Shown here in pieces: positions 57,146 through 64,000 of a DNA stretch of 64,000 nucleotides (positions within the stretch are counted from its first letter, which is position 1; each line of letters starts with the position of its first letter). Source of the stretch: Candidatus Daviesbacteria bacterium GW2011_GWA1_41_61. GTDB lineage: Bacteria > Patescibacteriota > Microgenomatia > Daviesbacterales > UBA10151. Position numbers and translations under genes: made by a program. The notes under the pieces were generated by a model. It saw nothing but the letters and a program-made list of their open reading frames with translations, did no database searches and had not been told where the DNA came from. The stretch is from positions 177,493 to 241,492 of the forward strand of contig LCBT01000001.1 in assembly GCA_000997385.1 (NCBI GenBank). Direction: 5' to 3'.

Positions 57146-58312
57146 ATGAGTAAAACTGTAAAAGATCTCATCATTATTGCCATTTCTACTTTATTGTTAA
57201 CCTTTTTAGTCTGGCTTCCACACCTGCTCCAGCTTCCCTCCTTTTATGGATTAGATTTTAGCCAAGGGTTTAATACTATCTATCGAAATTTTGATGGCTT
57301 GGAATATGTCATTATTGCCAAAACTTTATATGACCCGCAGGCCATAGCTAGCTTACCTCAATCCTTACCAGCTAATTACTTCGCTGCCCATTTTCCAGGC
57401 TATGCCTTAATAATTTTACTCTTTGCTCCCCTGCTGGGTTTTTTAAAATCAATGCTTTTTACCTCCCTGCTTTTTACCATTCTTTCTGCTGTTACTTTTT
57501 ATTTTTTACTTAAAGATTTTAAACTTAGCTCTCAACCACTCTTTCTGTCACTTCTTTTTCTGCTGCTTCCTGCCAGATGGTTAGTAGTTCACAGTGTTGG
57601 TTCAGCAGAACCCCTCTTTATCTTTTTTGTTTTAGCTGCTGTTTATTGGTTTTTAAAATATGAGCAAACGCTTAAAAGTAAATTGATTTTACTAACCACT
57701 CTTTTTGGAGTACTGGCTCAATTTACCAGACCTCCAGGAATACTGTTATTTATCGCCTTAGCACTTTATGTTGGCTGGAAACTGCTTAATGACAGCAACT
57801 CCAACTTCACCAGAAAAATTAGGAAGACTCTTCCCTATTTCCCTCTATTATTAATTCCAGCTTCCCTTTTAGTAGTCTTTTACTGGTACTCTCTAACCTA
57901 TCAAGACTTTTTTGCTTATTTTCATAGTGGAGATAATATCCATCTGACCTTTCCTCCTTTCCAAGTATTCAATATAAACCAAACTTGGGTAGGAGATATC
58001 TGGCTGGAAGATATTGTTTATATATTTTTACTGGGATTTTTAGGAGGGCTGTTGCTTTTAAAACAGAAATTAATTCTACCAGGAATTTTTGTTCTAACTT
58101 ATCTTTCAGCTGCTATCTTGGTGGCCCACCGGGATATTGCCCGCTATACCTTGCCCATTTTCCCCTTTTTACTGATAGCTTTTGAGAAAGTTTTAATTTC
58201 CAGGGAGTTTAAGATAGCTTTTACTATCATTGCTTTAGGCATATATCTTTATGCTCAAAACTTTATCTTAAATAATACTGCCCCTGTCCCCAGCCTTCAA
58301 GTTTTTAATTAA
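57146..58312 (+). CDS. GT-C membrane protein with PIG-V/GT76-like motif
   Basis: 388 aa polytopic. YRNFDGLEYVIIAKTLY parallels the NFDGEHYLSISIFGY motif in 18335..19513. Confidence 0.4.
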   Translation: MSKTVKDLIIIAISTLLLTFLVWLPHLLQLPSFYGLDFSQGFNTIYRNFDGLEYVIIAKTLYDPQAIASLPQSLPANYFAAHFPGYALIILLFAPLLGFLKSMLFTSLLFTILSAVTFYFLLKDFKLSSQPLFLSLLFLLLPARWLVVHSVGSAEPLFIFFVLAAVYWFLKYEQTLKSKLILLTTLFGVLAQFTRPPGILLFIALALYVGWKLLNDSNSNFTRKIRKTLPYFPLLLIPASLLVVFYWYSLTYQDFFAYFHSGDNIHLTFPPFQVFNINQTWVGDIWLEDIVYIFLLGFLGGLLLLKQKLILPGIFVLTYLSAAILVAHRDIARYTLPIFPFLLIAFEKVLISREFKIAFTIIALGIYLYAQNFILNNTAPVPSLQVFN

Positions 58313-58339
58313 ATCTTTTCAGCTTTGTCTAACATAACT

Positions 58340-59845
58340 TCAATAATTAGCGATCCCCATTTTTTTAACTAATTTACGAACTTCTCTCCTATCAGCATTA
58401 ACATATTTATTATCATATTCTTCTGCCGTTAAAGCTTCACCATTTACTCCAACCAATACGGGAAATTTTAAAGCCATTCTTAAATATTTCACATCCGAAT
58501 AAAAAACCCGATCACTTTTTATAAGAAGGTGATCTTTGTTTATTTGATAAGGCACCTTTAATCCTAAGTGTTGTAACTGGTTTTGGACATCTATTTCTTT
58601 TGGTTGACTTAACACTGCCTGAGCGCAAATTTCTTTTTGAGATTGAGGGCAAAGTGGCGAGCAGTAAATCTCGGGGCGTATCCACTGACAATTATAATCA
58701 GGTTGATTAAATAGGCAGCTGATGGCACATGAGGTTTTCTTAAAATAGGGTACTTTTGACCGACCCAGGAGATAATCAACTCTAGCTCGACTCCGGGCAG
58801 ACATCTGCTTCAAAGAATCATGAATATTTAATCCTATATCATAACCTGAATCAACAGGTAGACCTCGTTTGGTCATGTACTCCACAATACTGACATCCAG
58901 CTTTAACGCTGACCGAACAATACAGTGGAAATATTTTTCACCCAGTTCCATAATCCTGCGAATTGTTTTTTCAGAATCATTGACTCCTTCAATGATTGGT
59001 CGGTAATAAAGAATCCTCGGCAAATGTGATTTTGACAGATTTTCCATTGTTTCTAATCTCCTCTCATCAACCACTTTTTCATACTCAGGAGGTAAACCAG
59101 AAAAGGTGACAAAAATAACAGGCCGAATATTCTTATAATTTTCAAGACGGTTAATTACTTCGGTGGGTAAATATTCTTTAGTAATTAAACCGACAATATT
59201 AGTCATTCCTCTTACTTCTAAGCCATCCATAATTTTAAAAGTTGTTGCCTCAACCTCTTTTTGAAACGGATCAGTAGCACTGTTGTGAATAGCCAGAGGA
59301 ATCTTAGGATGAAAGTAGCGATGATTGGGAAGTGAACTTAAGATATCTTCAACTTCGGCAAATTGCTGGGGAACAAATCTGTTTTTAATATCCCATCCAT
59401 GCTTATAACAATAAACGCAGTTATTTCGGCAACCAGCTACAGCATTAAGACAAAGAAAATTTTTTGCCAAAACAATTGGTTCTAATTTAACTTTAATGTT
59501 TTCCTTTTCAGCTTTGCGCCGCATTTCTCTAAATTCATATTTACGCAAGCTCTTTTCAAGTTGTTCCTCAAGACTGATATTGTAAATATTGGCTAAGGCT
59601 ATGAGAGAATAGAAACTGTCACCTAATTCTCTCGCTAAATCTGGGTTGTAAATATGTTCTCTTCTACCATAGTCAGTAAGTTCAAGTACTTCCTTAGCAA
59701 GTTCTCCTACTTCACTGGATAGATCTAAGGCGCAGATTTCAGGGGTACTGGCTAAATTTAATCTTCTGGTTGCTTCAGCAACTCTTTTTTGTATTTCAAT
59801 CATTTCTAAATCCAGACAGTTTTCTAAAGGGATCATATAAATCAT
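58340..59845 (-). CDS. fusion protein: MazG-like NTP pyrophosphohydrolase domain, SplB/COG1533-like radical SAM domain and Cys-rich C-terminal segment
   Basis: The N-terminal ~105 aa carry EVGELAKEVLEL...ELGDSFYSLIALANIYNISLEEQLEKSLRKYEFR, the MazG/NTP-PPase all-alpha signature. Residues ~130-145 carry AVAGCRNNCVYCYKHGW (CxxxCxxC, in the GCxxxCxYCY style of SplB-like DNA-repair-photolyase radical SAMs). The C-terminus has CAISC...C...CSPLC...C. Confidence 0.6.
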   Translation of the reverse strand: MIYMIPLENCLDLEMIEIQKRVAEATRRLNLASTPEICALDLSSEVGELAKEVLELTDYGRREHIYNPDLARELGDSFYSLIALANIYNISLEEQLEKSLRKYEFREMRRKAEKENIKVKLEPIVLAKNFLCLNAVAGCRNNCVYCYKHGWDIKNRFVPQQFAEVEDILSSLPNHRYFHPKIPLAIHNSATDPFQKEVEATTFKIMDGLEVRGMTNIVGLITKEYLPTEVINRLENYKNIRPVIFVTFSGLPPEYEKVVDERRLETMENLSKSHLPRILYYRPIIEGVNDSEKTIRRIMELGEKYFHCIVRSALKLDVSIVEYMTKRGLPVDSGYDIGLNIHDSLKQMSARSRARVDYLLGRSKVPYFKKTSCAISCLFNQPDYNCQWIRPEIYCSPLCPQSQKEICAQAVLSQPKEIDVQNQLQHLGLKVPYQINKDHLLIKSDRVFYSDVKYLRMALKFPVLVGVNGEALTAEEYDNKYVNADRREVRKLVKKMGIANY

Positions 59846-59870
59846 ATCTTATACCTTCTAGCCAAGAGAA

Positions 59871-59904
59871 TTTGAGTCAAATTTTTTTGACTTGTAGTAT
59901 AATC
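59871..59904. promoter_or_regulatory. divergent promoter with palindromic operator candidate
   Basis: Inverted repeat AGTCAAA-tttt-TTTGACT (59876-59893), followed by a perfect TATAAT (59899-59904) 9 nt upstream of the ATG at 59913. Lies in the 67 nt gap between divergent genes. Confidence 0.4.
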
Positions 59905-59912
59905 TCCCCAAG

Positions 59913-60578
59913 ATGCATCCAGTCCAAAAGCAAATACTTTCCCAGCTTATTTTTAATCCTTGCTTTCCCTTCTCTAAGCTTAAATCCAAAGAGGTGGAAG
60001 GAAATTTATTCATCTATCACTTAAAACAATTGATAACAGAAGGTTTGGTGCAAAAAACTTCAGATGGTAAATATGAATTGACCTTAGAAGGTAAAATTTA
60101 TACTGATAAATTAAGCCTGAAGACTTTTAAGCCCAGAATCCAACCTAAAATAGCCACTTTAATAGTTTGTCAAAATAATCAGGGAGAGTATTTACTTTAC
60201 AAAAGAAAACGTCAGCCATTTTTAGAACTAGTTGGCTTTCCCTATGGAAAGATTCACCTGGAGGAAACCACCCTTCAAGCTGCCCAAAGAGAACTAGAAG
60301 AGAAGACAGGTTTATCAGCTAATTTAAAGCACCTGGGAGAGGTTTATCTTACTACCTTTAAAGATCAACAGCTTTTAAGCCAAATGTTATGTCATATTTT
60401 CTTTACAGAGGATCTCAAAGGAAGGCTAAAACAGTCCTTTGAAGCTGGAGAGTGCTTTTGGGGGAAGATAGAATCTTTTAAACCAGAAGAGCTAATCCCA
60501 GGAGTTTTAGATGTTTACAAGTTAATTAAATCCCCTTCTAATTTCCTCTTCTTCCAAGAATTCACTTACCACCTTTAA
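59913..60578 (+). CDS. winged-helix DNA-binding domain fused to NUDIX hydrolase domain (possible Nudix-related regulator)
   Basis: The N-terminus (QKQILSQLIFNPCFPFSKLK...GNLFIYHLKQLITEGLVQKTSDGKYELTLEGK) is a wHTH domain. GFPYGKIHLEETTLQAAQRELEEKTGL matches the Nudix box GX5EX7REUXEEXGU. Confidence 0.7.
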   Translation: MHPVQKQILSQLIFNPCFPFSKLKSKEVEGNLFIYHLKQLITEGLVQKTSDGKYELTLEGKIYTDKLSLKTFKPRIQPKIATLIVCQNNQGEYLLYKRKRQPFLELVGFPYGKIHLEETTLQAAQRELEEKTGLSANLKHLGEVYLTTFKDQQLLSQMLCHIFFTEDLKGRLKQSFEAGECFWGKIESFKPEELIPGVLDVYKLIKSPSNFLFFQEFTYHL

Positions 60579-60737
60579 GCTATATCTATTCCTTAGCTTC
60601 ACAAGGCCAGGCCTTGCAGGAGTGTCCCTTGCTTAAATTACTCAACTAAATTGGACGATCGTTTAAAAAATACAAATAATGACGTTGATTCTGCTAATGC
60701 ATTCCTCTATAATTGCCCATAATCGTGGAATCTAAAA

Positions 60738-61670
60738 ATGGCTGAACGGAGTATTTTTGATAACCCCATCGCTGAAGAAGCCTATCATAAAAGTGGAAGT
60801 CTGCTTTGGTTAGGTAGTGAAACCAATCCAAACAACTTAACAATTAAATGGCCAATTAAAGACTTTGCGCATGTAACCTCCACATCTGGTGATTTTGCCT
60901 GCTCTTTGCGCCAGCTTTATGAATACCTCAGGATGGCAGAATTTTGGCCTCAAACATCTTTATACTTTTTATCACATAAAACCAATCGGGTATCCGTACT
61001 ATCTTACTTTCAACAGATTGCTGATTCAACCAATAAAAGAGTAGTTGTCTGTGATAATAGCCCTAAAGGCCGATATCAGATATTAAGAACAAGCCTCTTG
61101 TTTACATTAGAACCAGGAGTTACTCTAGACTCCAGATTACAACAAATGCATCAACTTGCTCACCAAGGAGTAGATATACTTTCATTGAGTACTAATGTGC
61201 GCTCTATAGTACTTATTGGTTCATTGGCTGATGGCTTTCTTTATCCGAGTGATATCGATTTAGGAATTGTTGTTCGTAAACCATTAAACGCATTCGGGAA
61301 TAGGGACATACACAATGATGTAGTACAAGTAAGAGCTGGTGATCGATGTTTATCCAAAATACCTTATGGGTGGGAAGGTGAAGTTGCAGGCCATTATATT
61401 GAAACTCCTCTATTGGACCAGCTAGAAAAACTCTTTCTAGATGCAGCTACCAATATCCATGGGGTAATTATTCCTCAAAAACATTATTTCCACCCTACTT
61501 GCTGTGGATGGCATAATAAATGGCTTTCCACTTTTCGCCGAGGGGCTACTATATATCAAGGTCGACCAACATCAGAAGACAAACTACAAGGCATTTACTA
61601 CTCTTTCGCTGGAAAAATTAGTGACATTAAGGGAGAAATTGGGGAGAGGTCACATTGGTTGATTGGCTAA
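60738..61670 (+). CDS. hypothetical protein with Pol-beta-type nucleotidyltransferase motif
   Basis: 310 aa. LIGSLADGFLYPSDIDLGIV matches hG[GS]-x9-13-DhDh at ~residue 165-182. The N-terminal ~150 aa have no recognised features. Confidence 0.45.
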   Translation: MAERSIFDNPIAEEAYHKSGSLLWLGSETNPNNLTIKWPIKDFAHVTSTSGDFACSLRQLYEYLRMAEFWPQTSLYFLSHKTNRVSVLSYFQQIADSTNKRVVVCDNSPKGRYQILRTSLLFTLEPGVTLDSRLQQMHQLAHQGVDILSLSTNVRSIVLIGSLADGFLYPSDIDLGIVVRKPLNAFGNRDIHNDVVQVRAGDRCLSKIPYGWEGEVAGHYIETPLLDQLEKLFLDAATNIHGVIIPQKHYFHPTCCGWHNKWLSTFRRGATIYQGRPTSEDKLQGIYYSFAGKISDIKGEIGERSHWLIG

Positions 61671-61733
61671 CGGAATTAAATTATTTCTAGCATCGAAAGG
61701 CCGAACTTTGCAAGGATATCTCTTCTCATTTTA

Positions 61734-62927
61734 TTATACTGAAGCTAGCTCTTTTTGATGTTTCCAGGTTACCAAATGGTTAACTGTAAAATTCCACATC
61801 ATCACCGGAGGGATGGTGGCAAAAAAGTATAAGGTATTGTAGGCCAAACGTATGGGCCCAAAGTAGAAAAATCCATCTCCAAACAGTTCATGTAAAAACT
61901 TGACAATCAACACTGCTATAGCTAGACCTCCCAAACTGACTAAGTTATAAAGACCTAATTTTTGCCAGATATTAGTTTTAGTTTTCCTATACCTGAAGGT
62001 CCAAAAATTATTAAATACAAAGTTGTTGATAATGGCAATCTCTGTCGAAAAAGCTTTGGAAGTAGCTGGAGGGAAACCCCCCATGTTGATCAACAGTTTA
62101 TAAAAAATAAAGTCCACCACTGTCCCTGTAACTCCCACCAAAGCAAATTTAATAAAAGTTTTAGCTCTCCTGGTGATCTTAAAAAGAGGCAGGTTAACCC
62201 CCCACTTGTGAAGCCTGACATCCAAAGCATAGGTAATTACATCATAAGTATAATTAAAAACTTTATTCTTTGAATATCCTTCTTCCCGGTTTTTAAACAC
62301 TAAAGGTACTTCTTTATATTTGGCCCCAGCAAGTATAGCTTCATTTAAGAAAGCAGGCTGGACGATGAATGTCTGCTCTTTCCAGGGCAGTCTGTCAAAA
62401 TTTATCTTATTATATAGGTCTGGAGTAAAAGCCCGGGCAGAGTTAGTTACCTCCTGAATATCAGAAGGACCCACCAGTACGCGTGTCACCAAAGAAGCTC
62501 CTAAACTGAAAATTCTTCTTAAAAAAGAAAGCTGATTTTTACCACCCTTAACAAATCTTGAACCTAAAGCCAAAGTGTACCCCTCATTTAAAGCCTTCAA
62601 AAGTCTCGGTAATACATTAGCTTCTACCTGGCCGTCAGCATCAAGTTGGGCCAAAGCATCTGGCTTGAGGTGCTCTAAAGAAAATTTATGTCCTTCTACC
62701 AATCCCACACCTAAACCTTTACCTACACTAAGAGCGTGTATCCTTTGGTCCTTCTTCCCTAATTCTTGAGCCAGTTTAAAAGTCCCATCAGGGGAATTAC
62801 TGTCAACTACTAAAACTTCAAACTTCCAACCAGGAGCATTTTTTTCCTCAGCAAAAACCTCTTTAATAAATTTCTCTAAACTATTTTTCTCATTAAAAGT
62901 AGGGAGTAAAATAACCGCTTTTTTCAT
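61734..62927 (-). CDS. GT2 polyprenol-phosphate glycosyltransferase fused to C-terminal GtrA-like membrane domain
   Basis: The N-terminus has AVILLPTFNEKNSLEKFIKEV...VLVVDSNSPDGT and LDADGQ. The C-terminal ~130 aa form 4 TM helices with the GtrA-like pattern (FALVGVTGTVVDFIFY...NNFWTF). Confidence 0.7.
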   Translation of the reverse strand: MKKAVILLPTFNEKNSLEKFIKEVFAEEKNAPGWKFEVLVVDSNSPDGTFKLAQELGKKDQRIHALSVGKGLGVGLVEGHKFSLEHLKPDALAQLDADGQVEANVLPRLLKALNEGYTLALGSRFVKGGKNQLSFLRRIFSLGASLVTRVLVGPSDIQEVTNSARAFTPDLYNKINFDRLPWKEQTFIVQPAFLNEAILAGAKYKEVPLVFKNREEGYSKNKVFNYTYDVITYALDVRLHKWGVNLPLFKITRRAKTFIKFALVGVTGTVVDFIFYKLLINMGGFPPATSKAFSTEIAIINNFVFNNFWTFRYRKTKTNIWQKLGLYNLVSLGGLAIAVLIVKFLHELFGDGFFYFGPIRLAYNTLYFFATIPPVMMWNFTVNHLVTWKHQKELASV

Positions 62928-63204
62928 GATGGATTGATTGTATGAAAATGTCCTCTTTTTTACAACTAAGAATCAGGAGAAACGGGCCAGATCTGATTGC
63001 ACCATAATGCCCACCAACTATTTATTTGAAGGTGTTTAATATTTCCTATGCAATATAAATTAAACCAGTCTCCCCAGTCAACTACGTTCAGTGTATTTGA
63101 ATTTTAAATTTCCAAGACGCACTTTTCACCGATAAAAAATTAAAGGACGCATTCTGGTGCCCCTTCCTCCAGTTGGAATAATGGCTTTCATTTTAAATTT
63201 CATC

Positions 63205-63471
63205 TTAAAAAAGCAGGCCTTGCAAGATTATTAAAGCTAGGGCAGCAATTAAAACATATTCTATTATAATCTCCAAAGTCAAACTTTTATCTTTATGGTG
63301 ATGGACTAAAGCTACTATCACATAAATTATGGCAGCTAAGGTAAAAATCTGAAATTGAATTTGAGGAGAGAAACGGTAGGCAAAGAGGGTAAAGATAAAA
63401 ATCGGCACAGTAAAAAAGATCACGGTCATCAAATCAATTTCCGGTATTTTTAATCTGTTTACTCTTTTCAT
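63205..63471 (-). CDS. small membrane protein (2-3 TM helices), hypothetical
   Basis: 88 aa hydrophobic ORF. Coupled by an ATGA overlap to the upstream ORF, which supports it being a real gene. Confidence 0.4.
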   Translation of the reverse strand: MKRVNRLKIPEIDLMTVIFFTVPIFIFTLFAYRFSPQIQFQIFTLAAIIYVIVALVHHHKDKSLTLEIIIEYVLIAALALIILQGLLF

Positions 63472-63938
63472 CGAAGATAAGTCAGACCTTGCAAAATATC
63501 ACCTGAATTGCTAGCCAAGATGGCAGCTCCGCTGACTGCCAAAAAGCTTAAATGAGCTAAATGATGAGAAGATATTCTAAAAACTCCTCTTCTTCTTAAA
63601 ATAATTAAGTCTAAAAGCAAGAGAATTGAAATTAAGCCCATAAAGATTAGACTAACAGTCTTAGTTAAAGCTACAGGGTCAATTAAGGGTTTATTTAGGG
63701 AAAGGGCGCTTTGAATGTTTGAGCCAGCCACCACCATCTCCCTGTTGGGAACAACCTGAGAGGGCTCTTTAGTTTGGCTGGCCGGACCTACCTCTGCCGG
63801 AGCCATGTCCAGACTGACTTTTTTACCCACTAAATCAGTCTGTGGAGCAGATTGAGGAACTGCTGCTTTAGTGTAAGGAGTGCCAAACATCTGGACTACT
63901 AGGGTAGTTTGCTGCCCCTGCAGTGTTCCATCAACCAC
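63468..63938 (-). CDS. hypothetical protein with C-terminal TM segment; N-terminus may extend beyond the annotated ATG or the window
   Basis: 156 aa ORF. Pro/Gln/Ala-rich N-terminal region, then LIFMGLISILLLLDLIIL TM helix. ATGA overlap with the downstream small membrane protein. Confidence 0.35.
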   Translation of the reverse strand: MVDGTLQGQQTTLVVQMFGTPYTKAAVPQSAPQTDLVGKKVSLDMAPAEVGPASQTKEPSQVVPNREMVVAGSNIQSALSLNKPLIDPVALTKTVSLIFMGLISILLLLDLIILRRRGVFRISSHHLAHLSFLAVSGAAILASNSGDILQGLTYLR

Positions 63939-64000
63939 GGCAATACCAATCTCTTGATATTTAGAGTTTAGAAGGTTATCCCGATGAGAGGAGGAATTCA

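Noticed and set aside
60601-60615. CAAGGCCAGGCCTTG palindrome considered as a rho-independent terminator of the wHTH-NUDIX gene
   Set aside because: The stem would be 5-7 bp with at most a 1-5 nt loop, and no U-tract follows. It fits better as one instance of the recurring GGCCTTGCAAG motif, that is, a protein-binding site, than as an intrinsic terminator.
62928-63204. 277 nt non-coding region downstream of the small membrane protein gene; checked for tRNA or small RNA
   Set aside because: I could find no cloverleaf-compatible acceptor/T-arm pattern or GTTC-like T-loop, and no strong hairpin plus U-tract. It most likely holds only the promoter of the GT2-GtrA gene.
1-64000. CRISPR arrays, rRNA, tRNA, transposases or integrases
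   Set aside because: I saw no regularly spaced direct repeats of 25-40 nt, no rRNA-like conserved segments, and no DDE or tyrosine-recombinase-like ORFs. Every ORF longer than 200 aa is accounted for by glycosylation, radical SAM or nucleotide-module genes.

Overview
This 64 kb window is AT-rich and very gene-dense, with about 50 genes, almost all on the minus strand in long co-directional trains with 4-20 nt overlaps. I found no rRNA, tRNA, CRISPR array or transposase. The window is essentially one large glycosylation island. It holds about 21 polytopic membrane proteins of GT-C type, including GT39/GT83 ArnT/PMT-like proteins with WDE/DE first-loop motifs, one YfhO-like protein, two with a PIG-V-like motif, and several uncharacterised paralog families. 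It also holds 11 GT2 glycosyltransferases, at least 5 of them DPM1/ArnC/GtrB-like polyprenol-phosphate sugar synthases, together with 3 GT4 enzymes, 2 Wzx-type flippases and 1 UPF0104 flippase-like protein. Embedded in this operon is a tandem block of five radical SAM enzymes (three paralogous SPASM-type and two B12-binding class B) with no room for a precursor peptide. This block is my best candidate for an undescribed radical-SAM glycan or lipid-carrier tailoring system. Near the right end a small nucleotide-centred module is wedged between glycosylation genes. It comprises a MazG-like NTP pyrophosphohydrolase fused to an SplB/COG1533-like radical SAM domain, a divergently transcribed wHTH-NUDIX protein, and a protein with a Pol-beta-type nucleotidyltransferase motif. 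It is accompanied by a palindromic promoter/operator candidate and a recurring GGCCTTGCAAG-like motif. The gene content and compactness resemble Candidate Phyla Radiation/Patescibacteria genomes, but that is inference only. All family assignments come from motifs read by eye, not from database searches.
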